NCBI RefSeq assembly: GCF_009834535.1
Contig: NC_045697.1
Location: 116,686,001-116,750,000, forward strand
Source: Camelus ferus
Taxonomy: Eukaryota
Direction of reading: 5' to 3'
DNA: 64,000 nt
Below, one piece after another: positions 41,278 through 52,580 of this stretch. The position numbers and the translations under genes were made by a program. The stretch's first letter is position 1. Every line of letters starts with the position of its first letter. The notes beneath the pieces were generated by a model. That model was not told where the DNA came from and searched no databases. It saw nothing but the letters and a program-made list of their open reading frames with translations.

Positions 41278-42020
41278 CCTCCTACACTGTTGGTGAGAAT
41301 GGAATTTGGTGTAGCCACTGTGGAAAACAGTATGGAGATTCCTCAAAAGACTAAAAATAGACTTACCCTATGATCCAGCAATCCTACTCCTGGGCATATA
41401 CCTGGAGAAAACTCTAATTTGAAAAGATATATGCACCCAATGTTCATAGCAGCACTATTTACAACAGCCAAGACATGGAAAAATCTAAATGTCCACTGAC
41501 AGATGACTGGATAAAGAAGTTGTTTAATAATATAATATATATAATATATATAATGGAATACTACTTAGTCAGAAAAAAGAATAAAATAATGCAGCAATGT
41601 GGTTGGACCTGGAGATGATCATACTAAGTGAAGTAAGTCAGACAGAGGAAGACAAATATATGATATCACTTATATGTGGAATTTAAAAAAAGACACAAAT
41701 AAACTTATTTATAAAACGGAAACAGACTCACAAACTCACAAACTTACGGTTACCAAAGCGGAAGGTGGAGGAGATATAATTTAGCAGTTTGGAATTAGCA
41801 GACACACACTACTGTATATAAAATAGATAAACAACAAGGTCCTACTGTACAGCACAGGGAACTATATTCAATATCTCATAATAACCTATAATGAAAGAGA
41901 ATATATTTACATATGTATAACTGAATCACTTTGCTGTACACCAGAGACTAACATAACATAGTAGATTAACTACACTTTAGTTAAAAAAAAAAAAAAGGAA
42001 TAAATTTAAAAAACAAAAAC
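41278..42020 (+). mobile_element. Young L1 3' end
   Basis: ORF2 C-terminal DNA plus 3'UTR plus A-tail; TSD aatcaatcccttaac / aaccagtcccttgac. Confidence 0.95.
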
Positions 42021-42199
42021 AACCAGTCCCTTGACAGCAGCACTGTGAGAGAAGAGGACCGTGGGAGTTGGTAGACTTTTCGGAGGCCAAGTGGGTAGCG
42101 GTATCTCAAAATGAAGCGTGTGTACACTTTGGTCTAACAGCTTCGCTGCTGGTGTCTTGCAGGACCAGAGGAGCACACGGGCTCGGGTTTATTTCCCCC

Positions 42200-42650
42200 A
42201 CAACTGAGACAGGTGCCCCGACCTAGGTACTCCACCGGGGCCCCCAGATTGGAGCAGGCACCTGGGAGGGTGCCAAGCGTGGTCCCTCTAGTCCTTCCAG
42301 AAGGTTCTGTCCCCAGTCGCGGACTGTTTCTTCCCACGCAGGTGCTGCTCAGGACTCGGCTGAACCCTGGAGGAGGACCCTTTGCAGACTTGCAGGTGTC
42401 TTCCTCCGGGCAGCTGTCTTCTCCAGGTCTCTGCCTGGCTGAGCCCGGCCCCTCCCTCTCCCCAGAGTCTCCGGTCCATCTCCTCGCCTCTGGGAGACCC
42501 TCCCCTCCAGGAAGGAGGCCTCCCTTTCCTGCCCTGGGGCTGGAGGCCCTCCAGGCAGGAAGCCAGGCTGCGAGGTGTCCCATTTCCCAGGATCAACTTT
42601 TCATTATTTGATGTGTCCCTAAAACCATTGTTCCAAAGGCTTTGACTATG
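42200..42650 (-). mobile_element. Ancient L1 5'UTR (L1MD/L1M4-type), interrupted near its 5' end by the FUS retrocopy; remainder at ~43221-43258
   Basis: Reverse-complement similarity to the + strand copy at 46770-47680 (ctccaggcaggaagcc vs ttactgcctgagagag; gaccctttgcagact vs agatctgtagagggttcc). Confidence 0.6.
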
Positions 42651-42656
42651 CTTCCT

Positions 42657-43219
42657 GGCCGGGGAGGCTCTGGAGGTGGTGGCGGTGGTGGCGGTGGCCG
42701 AGGGGGATTCCCCAGTGGCAGTGGTGGCGGTGGAGGACAGCAGGGAGCTGGGGACTGGAAGCATCCTCACCCTCCATGTGAGAACATGGACTTCTCTCAG
42801 AGGAATGAATGCAACCAGCAGAAGGCCCCTAAACCAGATGGCCCAGGAGGGGGACCAGGAGGCTCTCATATGGGGGTAACCATGGAGATGATCGTCGTGG
42901 TGGCAGAGGAGGCCGAGGAGGGGATCATGGGGGCTTCTGAGGGGGCCGGGGTGGTGGGGACAGAGTGGCTTTGGCCCTGGCGAGATGGCCTCCAGGGGTG
43001 AGCTCGCACAGGGCCGCAGGGAGCAGCCGTAGCAGCCTGGCTTCTGACGTTCTGGAGCAGCTTTTCTTCCTGGACCCACTTTTATCCTCATTATTTTGTA
43101 ACCTTCCAACTCCTGATCACCCACAGGTTTTTTGTGCTGAACTATGTAATTGTAACCATACCTCTGGTTCCCATTAAAAATCATCATTTTAGTTAAAAAA
43201 AAGAAAAAAAAACAAAAAA
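42657..43219 (+). pseudogene. FUS: 5'-truncated processed pseudogene of FUS (RGG2, RanBP2 zinc finger, RGG3, PY-NLS and 3'UTR)
   Basis: [58 protein letters not shown] matches the FUS C-terminus; no introns; FUS 3'UTR (ttattttgtaaccttccaa...cctctggttcccattaaaa); ATTAAA 43173-43178; A-tail 43195-43219; frameshifts and a TGA at 42938. Confidence 0.95.
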
Positions 43220-44777
43220 TTAAACTGCTATCCCATGCTGGCCACAAGTGGAAGACGACCGCTTCTGAAAGAAGGACAGCTATGGAGAGAATAATTATTA
43301 ACCAGAACGATGATGCTAGCCATAGCCGTTCATTGACAAAAACTCTCTTGTTTTGCAGCTGTCTACTCTTTCCAGGTCGCCTGGGTGACTTTTTCCTGGG
43401 GCAGAACTTTCTCTATTTGGGAGAGGGACACATCCTGGGTGTCAGGATGTGGGTGGGGCCGGGGGGGGGTACATCTCCAGACGAGATTCCTCGTGGTCGG
43501 GCTTTACTTCCAGAAGGGCAGTTCGGGCCAAGAGTCACACGCGGACCCCGCGGGAAGGGCGTCACTGCGTTCGTTTCCGTAATCTTACAGACTTCGTGCG
43601 TTTTGTCTCATTTCTGCATCACCCTCGCTCACAGTCTCCCTTTAAACAAACCCTTGCTCCTCACAGCGCACACCTGCTTTGTCAGTTTTCTGGTAAGATT
43701 CATGTACATCTCAGCATGTTCAGCTGGGGTTTAAAGATAATTTCCGATCATTTTTCCTTTTGAAAGTTCCTGCCGTCTTTTCATTTCTTCCCCTGAAAAT
43801 AGGAAGTAAGTTGTCCATGTGAAGTATCAGTTTGTGGTGCTGTTGTGTGACTTTAAATCAAACCTAATTTCTGTCTTTTACTGTCCCTGTAATACACTGC
43901 AAAAATTGTTACTTTTTAAAAAGTTTTCCAAGTTCTCTTTAGGTATAACACTTTTCCTCTGTCATGGGTTAATGAAGGCTTCCTGTTTGGTTTGTGAATT
44001 TCATTTAAGAATGTAATAAAGGAAATATGCAAACAAGTCTCTTAATTTTGTTACGGACCCAGGGCAATAAAAATATCTTGTTAGTTTATAAAAAACCCTT
44101 TGGGATTGTTTCAGCAAAGTAAGAATCTCTGCTTGCCCAAAGAAATAATAAACTCCCTCTCAGTCAGCTGTAAATGTGTGTAAACAAACCTAGTGAGGGA
44201 TTAGTCTGGCAAGGCATAGTCAGATTTTGATCTGGAGATTTCCTTTTATTTCCACATGACAGATTTATAACTTGAGCAAGGGCTTGAGGTGAAATGGATT
44301 GAGGGAAGCCTTGGCGGAGAGCATTTCTTCCTGTGATGGTTTCCAGCAGAATTCAGATCTCCCTGAAGGGCTAGCTTCTACGTGAGGACATCCTCTGGGT
44401 GTCCAAGCCCCATCATGGGACTCGAACTTCTTGGAGCCCACTTGCTGCAGACAAATATAACCATACCTCACAAACGCTGACTAGAATGGACGGCCAGTAC
44501 TTTGTGTGTGAGGAAGCACCCTTCTTTCATCCCAGTCCTTGCAATCTGCTCCCCAGACAAGTCGTTATTTTAGTCACTCTCTGCCAGGACGCCTATTGAC
44601 CCGTGAGGGGAGAGAGTCTTCTGCTGAAGACTTCAGGGTTTATTTTAGATAAAAATGATTTGCTGTCACTAAATGTATGAGTCTGATTTTTTTAACCCAG
44701 GTAATTTACATGAAATACAGAGAAGCAAGTTTCTTACCAGAAGCATTTAAAGAATTAAGTACATTTAGCTGTGGCTT

Positions 44778-44912
44778 TAAAAAAAATTATGTATTTATTG
44801 AGGGGGGAGGCAATTAGGTTTATTTATTTATTATTAACGGAGGCACTGGGGATTGAACCCAGGACCTCGTGCATGCTAAGCAGGTGCTCTACCACTGAGC
44901 TATGCCCTCCCC
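44778..44912 (-). mobile_element. tRNA-derived SINE (camelid Vic-1-like)
   Basis: Reverse complement ggggagggcatagctcagtggtagagcacctgcttagcatgcacgaggtcctgggttcaatccccag: A box and B box, AT-rich tail; TSD gctgtggctt / gctatggctt. Confidence 0.9.
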
Positions 44913-45531
44913 ACTTGCTATGGCTTCCTAAGACAATGTTTCCAGTGCAGTGGCTGCACCGTCAGAGCCCTGGGTGCCCCGCCATTGACTCACTCCCTGG
45001 CCAGGGCAGCTGAACACCAGGAGCCCCCCACTGCTCCACCTCATCCAGTCTTCCCTGTGTAGAGGCACCGCCTTGCTTTCAAGACCCAAGCCTGTATTTG
45101 ACGCCTGCACTGGCATCTTGCCCAGACAGATCCCCCAAAGCTCAGCAGAGCTCGAGTTGTTCACCCTGTGGCTGCAGAACCAAGAGGCACTGTTGAGGGT
45201 GTGAGCAGAGCTTGGAGATGTGGACTGAATCCTCTCCCCACTACCCAGATGTGCTCTGAGGCCCCTTAGAGGACTGGGTGGATCTGGGTGGTAGTGGGTG
45301 GGAGCTGGGGGGGCATCGGGACCCTGGGTTGCATTTTTCCTGGGCTGTAAGTGATGAGAGAGGGCTTTAGGTGGGGAGGTCAGAAGTTATGAAAAGCTGA
45401 GGTATGTAAGGTTTTTCTCTGAGATAGTTTCTGTACATGTGTAAAAGGGGTGCATAGCACTGAGCTTAAATAAAAGTACAATGAGAAGATGGCAATCAAC
45501 TCAGTTGTCAAGGACAAGGGACCATTTTTAT

Positions 45532-46450
45532 TCCTTTTTTTTATTGAAGTGTAGTCAATTTACAATGTTAGTTTCCAGCGTACAGCCAAGCGATTCAGTT
45601 ACACATGTACATACATACATAAATTTTTTTCAGTTTCTTTTCCATTATGGCTCATTACAAGAAATTGAATAGAGTTCCCTGTGCTATACAGCAGGTCCTT
45701 GTTGTTTATCTATTTTATATATAGTAGTGTATATCTGTTAATCCCAAACTCCTAATCTATCCCTCCCCACCCCTTTCCCCTCTAGTAACCACAATTTGTT
45801 TTCCATGTCTGTGAGTCTATTTCTGGTTTGTAAATAAAATTGGTATCTTTTTCTTTTTTAGATTCCACATATAAGTGACATCATATGATATTTTTCTTTC
45901 TCTTTCTGACTTACTTTGCTTAATATGGTCATTTGTAGGTCCATCCTTGTTGCTGCAAATGGCATGATTTCACTCTTTTTTAGAGCTGAGTAAGTATTCC
46001 ATTTATATATGTACCACAGCTTCTTTATCCAGGCATCTGTCGATGGACATCTAGGTTGCTTCCATGTCTTGACTATTGTAAATAGTGCTGCTGTGAACAC
46101 TGGGGTGCATGTATCTTTTCAAATTAGAGTTCCCTCTGGATATATGCCCAGGAGTGGGATTGCTGGATCTATTTTTAGTTTTTTAAGGAACTTCCTTACT
46201 GTTTTCCATAACAGCTGCATCAACTTACATCCCCACCAACAATGTAGGAGGGTCCTTTTTTCTCCACGCCCTCTCCAGCATTTATTATTTGTGAATTTTT
46301 TAATGATGGCCATTCTGACTAGTGTGAGGTGATACCTCATTGTACTTTTGATTTGCATTTCTCTAGTAATTAGTGAAATTGAGGATCTTTTCATGGGCCT
46401 GTTGGCCATCTGGATGTCTTCTTTGGGGAAATGTCTCTTTAGACTTCCTG
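45532..46450 (-). mobile_element. Young L1 3' end (ORF2 C-terminus plus 3'UTR)
   Basis: ORFs [21 protein letters not shown]...[19 protein letters not shown] and [22 protein letters not shown] aaggacaaggg / aaggtcaaggg. Confidence 0.95.
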
Positions 46451-46769
46451 TAAGGTCAAGGGGTCTTCAAGTGATACACACTGGGTTTGCACTGGTGTCT
46501 CCTCCTTTCCCTTGTACTCCATCCTCTGAGGAGACCCCACCCAGGGAGCGATCCCAGTCACGGTGAAGGAGAGCAGAGGGCAGGCTGGAGGGCCGTCCTG
46601 GGCCACTTACTGTCCAGTTGGAACAGATGTGAGACTGGCCACTAGTGGTCTTGGGAATCATTGCAGAATTAGCTGAAGGCCAGCGCGGGTTCCAAGTCCA
46701 TCACGGACAGGACAAACAAGGTGCTCCCAAGGCAGGTGCTCATTTGCATCTTCAGAAATCAAGGTGAGA

Positions 46770-47680
46770 GGACTTTTGTAGTAACAGGGAACTGGATTTA
46801 GCCTCTTGCTTGAACAACAAAAACTGGACATAATGAAACAGTGGCTTATCGACACGGGACATGAAGTAGCAAAGGACAAGAACCCCTGAGAGGGGAGGGG
46901 AGAAACAAGTGAGGGGAGACCTATGATCGCCCCAGTTTACTGCCTGAGAGAGTTTTCAGGCCAGGGCAGCGGGAGGGGGACCCCCGGTGGAGGTCGTGGC
47001 ACCCTGAGTGGGGGAGCTGGAGAGGAGAAATCGGGTAGGCTGAGGCACAGAGGTTTATAGGGCGTTCTGCACAGCGAGATGAGTCAGACAGAGAAAGACA
47101 TACCGCACAATGTCACTCAGGTGTGGACTCCACAAAAGCTGAACTCGTAGAAATGGAGAATAGGGCAGTGGGTACCAGGGGCTGAGGTCGGGGGAGAACT
47201 GGGGAGCCTTTGGTCCGAGGGTGCGAACTTGCAGCTAGAAGAGCTCCAGAGATGCGATGCACAGCATCGTGGTCACGATCAGCAACACCGGGCTACAAAC
47301 TCCCACGGTGCCAAGAGACAGATCTTAATTGTTGTCACCACAAAAAGACATGATAATCACACGACGTGACAGGTGTCAAGGGACGCTACGGCGGCCCTCA
47401 TGCTGCAGTATTATCAGCGCACTGGACCAGCACGCTGCGCACCTTGAACTCGCACGGTGTTGTGTGACAATTATGCCTCAATTAAAAGAAATTACGAGGC
47501 TGAGAACCTGAGAGAAGGGAGCTTCAGAGAACTTCAAAGATCTGTAGAGGGTTCCCTGGAGTCTTCACCTGAGTATAGACCAGTGCTCAAGGGTGAGGAA
47601 GTTACCCGAAGCCAAGGGGGAAAAGAACACCCCAAAGGTTTAGGGGAACCATCCCCCCAATAGTCTAAATAGGCCCATTA
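46770..47680 (+). mobile_element. Ancient L1 5'UTR (L1MD/L1M4-type) split by a younger L1 3' fragment
   Basis: gtaacagggaactggattta...cctatgatcgccccagtttactgcctgagagagttttcaggcc; resumes after ~47492. Confidence 0.6.
47047..47491 (+). mobile_element. L1MA-like 3'UTR insertion, unusually GC/CpG-rich
   Basis: gagtcagacagagaaagaca...gacaattatgcctcaattaaaagaaa; homologous to 22950-23365; aggctgag on both sides. Confidence 0.8.
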
Positions 47681-48859
47681 AAAGGCAGAAATTCTATGAA
47701 GGACTAGAAAAGCAGTGTGGTTGGAATAAATAATGGTACCTTGAAAGAACAATGAAGTACTTGTGAAATCAAAGCTTATTTGCCCAAATTAAAAAAAAAA
47801 TCTTTTAAGTCTATAATGAAACCTGATTCATGACCATTGGGAAGGTTTGTAAAATTTTGAAAAAGTTGTATCGAAATTAAAATATGTTTGTTTCAATTAT
47901 ATCTGTGGTCTGAGAAAATTAATCACACATGAGCCTTTAACCTTTTTTTCCGCTAAATTTCTTCAACTCTCATCCAAAATGATGGATGAATAAAAATATA
48001 CTACCAAAACTTTATCCATATCATATGATGTCATGGGATTTACTCTTTCCTTGGTGGGGATGGATTTTTTTTTACCTACTGAGTTCTTACTAGAGTCTAA
48101 ATAAAAACAAGATTTGTTAAAGTTTTCTGGAGTCTATGCTTCGTTTTCTGGGTGAATGTTCGTTTATGAACTGAATTTGATATTCAGACATGTCGGGTCA
48201 TGAAATCTCAGTGGAGAGATTGCCACGAGCCAGGCACGTTCTTAACATCCTCATAGTCAGTGGTGTGGGCTCTATTATATCATTTTTATTCTTACAGATG
48301 AGAAAACGGAAGTCCAGGGACGTTAAGGAATTAACCCAAGGGCTTCAGGAAGAGGCTTTGCATGAATCTCACATGTTCTGATTAAAAAGCCCATTATTCT
48401 GACTCCATTATATTGTGTTGGTTTGAGAATTGACTATACTTCAATAAAAGAAAAACAATTTAAAAAATAAAAATAAATAAAATACTATGTTAGTTTGGTA
48501 TTCTCACTTCACTCTTTCATAGTAGAAAGGAAGCTGTTAGTCTCTTACACTTGAGCTGAATTTATTTGCTGACCAGCAGGGCCAGTGAATTCTGAATTAA
48601 TCTCAGATCAAGAGTCTTCTGCCCTCTTGGCTGTGTGATCACCTGAGAAAACTTCACTGGGTTTCCCAAGTGCCTTTAGCAAGGGATCCAACAGATGTGA
48701 CCATTTCTTCTTATTCAGCTATTCATAAATTATTCTAGAATAATATTCTTTTTTTTCATCTTGTGACATATTTCTAAATGTCCATGGAGTCCACTCAAAG
48801 TAATATATCTTTATTCCTATAGCAATATACACAGTTATTTCAACACAATCAAAAACTTT

Positions 48860-49250
48860 TATTTTCAATAACTTGTAATGACCTACAATGAAAAAGAATA
48901 TGAAAAGGAATATATATATGTATAACTGAATCACTTTGCTGTGCACCAGAAACTAACACAACATTGTAAAGCAACTATACTTCAATTAAAAAAAAAATGT
49001 ATGTTGGGGGGTGGGAAGAGAAAAACTGGGAGTTTGAGATTTACAGATACTGACTGGTATATAAAAAATAGATAAACCAGTTTATACTGTACAGCACAGG
49101 GAAATATATTTAATATTTTGTAGTGGCTCACAATGAAAATGAGTATGTGTATATTACTGTATGACTGGAGAATTGTGCTGTACACCAGAAACTGACACAA
49201 CATTGTAAACTGACTATACTTCAATTAAAAAAAAAAGAAAAGTGAAAAAA
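48860..49250 (+). mobile_element. Two tandem short young L1 3' tails; the second appears nested at the A-tail of the first
   Basis: Both end cattgtaaa..actatacttcaattaaaaaaa; aaaaa(t)gtatgt flanks the second copy. Confidence 0.85.
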
Positions 49251-49261
49251 AAAGTATGTGG

Positions 49262-49610
49262 GAAGCCATCAGCTTGGGGTGCTAGAACAAAACCCACAGG
49301 CTGGGTGGCTTCACCAGCAGGCATTTACTTCTCACGGTCTGGGGGCTGGGACATCTGGGATCGGGGTGCCAGCATGGCCTTGGCTGTAGATGGCTGTCCT
49401 CTGTGTCCTCACATGGCAGGGACTGGAAGAGGGAGAGAGCTCTCTGGTGTCTCTTCTTCTAAGGGCACCAGTCCCATCACGAGGGCCACCTTCCCACAAC
49501 CTCATCTAAACCTAATTATCTTCCCAAAGTCTCAGTTCTAAATAGGATCCCACTGGAGATTAGGGTTTCAATGTACACATTTTGGGGGGATACAGTCCAG
49601 TCCATAGCAG
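49262..49610 (-). mobile_element. MaLR solo LTR (MLT1A-like)
   Basis: caggctgggtggctt...tctctctggtgtctcttcttctaagggcaccagtcccatc...ggggggatacagtccagtccatagca. Confidence 0.85.
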
Positions 49611-49773
49611 TGTCTGTCTTGCCTCCTCAGCACGATCTTCTCAGAGACAACGACCTTGATTCAATTCAAAGCATCTTGTTGATGTCTTAACAAGAATGTA
49701 AAAAATAAATTCATTTTTTAACTTAAAGTTTTAAAAAGATGAATCTGCTTTCTGATTTTTTTTTCAGTGAAGA

Positions 49774-50217
49774 TGTTGTGGGAGAATAGGTTCTTGCCTC
49801 GTGCCGGAAACAATTCAACAGCAAGGCATTATAAAGTGAAAACAAGTTTATTAAGAAAGATACACACTCCATAGACAGAGTGCCGGCTGTGTCACAAGGC
49901 AAAAGAGAGAGAGTGACCAAGAGGTGGGGGGTTGTTAGGTTTGATGGGTTCTGTAATTTCATATGCTAATGAGTAGGAGGATTATTCTAACTACTTTGAG
50001 GAAAGGGCGAGGATTTCCAGGAAACGCTCCCCTCCGCCCACTTTTTGCCCTTTTATGGTCAGCCTAGGACCTGTCATGATGCCTGTGGGTGTGCATGAGG
50101 CTCAAGGTCTCCTGGAGGTCGAATCTTCTGCCATCTTGGTTCTAATCAGCGTGTCCTGTCCTCAATGGCTGTGTCATTCCTTCAGTGGTTGTGCCCTGCC
50201 CCTTTCCTCCCACTTCA
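49774..50217 (-). mobile_element. ERV solo LTR (ERV1-like, family uncertain)
   Basis: TG...CA termini; tttatt (minus-strand AATAAA) near the left end; caagtttattaagaaag...ttcatatgctaatgag...gccatcttgg layout. Confidence 0.7.
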
Positions 50218-50249
50218 GAAAGATTTCTCTTTATTCTGGTGCTGCTACA

Positions 50250-50592
50250 AATGGGGGGAGTGAGCCCAGGACCGCCCCCCACTCAGATAACAAAGTCCGC
50301 AAATGCTCAAGTCCTCATATAAAATGGCATAGTATTCGCATATAACCAAGCACATCCTCCCGTATCCTTTAAATCATCTCCAGATAACTTATCATACCTA
50401 ATACAAATTAAATGCTATGTAAATAGCTGCAAATACAATGCAAATGCTATATAAATAGTAGCCAATACACAGGGCAAATTTAAAGTCTTGCTTTTTGGAA
50501 CTTTCAGGGACATTAAATTTTTTTGAGGCTTTTTGACGTGTGGTTGGTTGAATCCGTGGATGAGGAACCTGCGGATATGGAGCACTGATTGT
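50250..50592. mobile_element. MER2-family (Tigger) MITE
   Basis: atgctcaagtcctcatataaaatggcatagtattcgcatataacc...ggttggttgaatccgtggatgaggaacctgcggatatggag. Confidence 0.8.
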
Positions 50593-52057
50593 GGTAAATT
50601 TGTTCTTATGTAAAATTTTGTGATCCGAATCTTTGTGATTTTCTCATTTACAGCACATCATAATAATTTGAGACACACATTTCAAAAAGCAGTTGAGATC
50701 TCAGTGGTTCCTGTGGACAAAAGCAACCTGGATAAATGTCACATGGTAATATGACTTAAAAAAATAAAGGGAATACTCCACCAAAAATGATGTGGTGCTG
50801 GAAGAAAAAAGTCGTAATACAAAGCACAATCTAGCAATGGAGAATAGCTCCAGCCAGAGGATGGTTAAGGAGTGTGGCAAATGGTAAAATTACTGATCAC
50901 AAGTTAATCTGTCAAATATCTTCGTAGACGTCTTCTCCCCCTCCACTTCCTCTTCTTTCTCCTCCTCTCCCTCCTTCTAAAGCCTTTAAAATAATGCATG
51001 GATTCTGATTTTATTAGGATGTATCATGAAATTTAATAACAACTGCTTAAACATGATGCAAACTCTGCCTTTGTATTACCCGGTATCACCTTCATAGCTG
51101 CCCTTAAAACACGATTTTAAGGTGTCACAGAGGCTCAGGAATTTCTTTACCTGGCGCAGGTTCACAGATGGACTATCCGCTCAGGCTTTTGACCCAGAAG
51201 CCCATGCCTTTAACCACCACAGTAGCATTGATTCACTCGGGTGTAAATGCTTATTATTCAGGGGCAAGCCCCAGGTTTCTGGGTAGAACTTGCAGGCACC
51301 GGGCCGTCCCCTCGCGAGAACTGACTGCGCAGTTCTCGGCCGCTGGCTGGCTCCATCCCATGGTCTGTCACTGTGAGAAACTGGTTGGTTACCCTGTTTC
51401 TCTGCCCAGATGAATTAGAATCTTTCAACCTCAGGATTGGTTGCAAATAGCAAATTTGAAACTAGAAAATATTAAGTATCAAAAGGCAAATGGTTTTGCT
51501 TATTCTGACTTGGAAACTGTTCTGGAACATACCTCTGAGTGACTAAGAGTTTTCCTTATTATGGGAGGATGGAAAAATCTAAGGCATAAATTTAAGGCTG
51601 ATTCTAATATCTATTGCATGTGGAAGAGGATGCAGAGGTTGACTTTCTTGTCTCAGAATCGTGGATGAAACCCAGAGCTGAGGACACCAGGCACTAAGTC
51701 TTCCTCAGCCACTTGGAGCTGCCAGGGCTTACTAAGTGGCATTTGTCCCGACTGCTACCCCCAGTTACATCTCTCTCCCACCCACCCCGGCCCCACCCCC
51801 GCTTCCTCTCGCTGTCCCCGAGCTCGAGGGAGGGAGGATGTTCACAATTTACGGCTGGAGGTTCCTCCCTCCCCTGCCCTTGGAGGAGGAGACAATGATG
51901 CATTTCCACCCACGGTGCCAAGTGAGTCAGCCTCAATAAAATCCTCATGAAGACTGGGGTGTCTTGAAAAAGGGGAGACTGACACCTTGTTCCTCTGGAT
52001 ATTTACTTAGCTGCAGAATCTGCAGGCTTATTTCACCGCTGAAAGTCTGAGTGCTTT

Positions 52058-52580
52058 TGAAAGATATCAGAATATGACACCCCAAATGTACTACTTTGGC
52101 ATAAGGGTTATTTTGAGCTGAAGGCGACTGGGAATCAACACTTGCAGGGAGAATTTGCTCTCCTCCCCTCATCAGCCTACAGGGCATAAAATTCCCTTTG
52201 AGGGAGGTGTCCCTGCCAACCCTGCACCGTGATGAGAAGAATAACTCTTATCACCAAAGATGGGAAGTTGATACCAAGATGAGTTTGCATAAACAATCTT
52301 ACTGAAGTAGCATCTTTCATTACTTCCCCCATTTATTTCCTAGTCATTTCCCTGTAATTTAATGCCCCTAGAAGCCCAAACCCTCTTTCCATTGTTAAAA
52401 GGATAGATGAACCTCCTCCTGAGTCTAAACACTTCTTTTCTGTGAACTCCTCTGTACACAAATATTAATACAAACTGTGTATCTTTTCTCCTGTTACACC
52501 TGTCTTTTGTTAGATTAATTCACAGCCCCCAGGGACAGAACCGAAGTGGGTAGCGGAAAGGTTTCCCCCACCCCTCCAAC
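52058..52580 (+). mobile_element. MER34-family (ERV1) solo LTR
   Basis: tgaaagatatcagaatatgacaccccaaatgtactactttggcataagggttattttgagctgaaggc matches the recalled MER34 5' end. Confidence 0.75.

Noticed and set aside
42642..43001. 119-aa FUS-like ORF as a functional retrogene
   Set aside because: The start comes from flanking DNA, zinc-finger cysteines are lost and the frame shifts after GSHMG.
42288..43247. Longest ORF (319 aa, minus strand)
   Set aside because: Antisense read-through of the GC-rich FUS retrocopy and L1 5'UTR; it crosses the poly(T) tail and resembles no protein I know.
44845..44912. tRNA-Ala gene (also at ~54595-54665)
   Set aside because: SINE-type tail and flanking duplication with degenerate stems indicate a SINE, not a tRNA gene.
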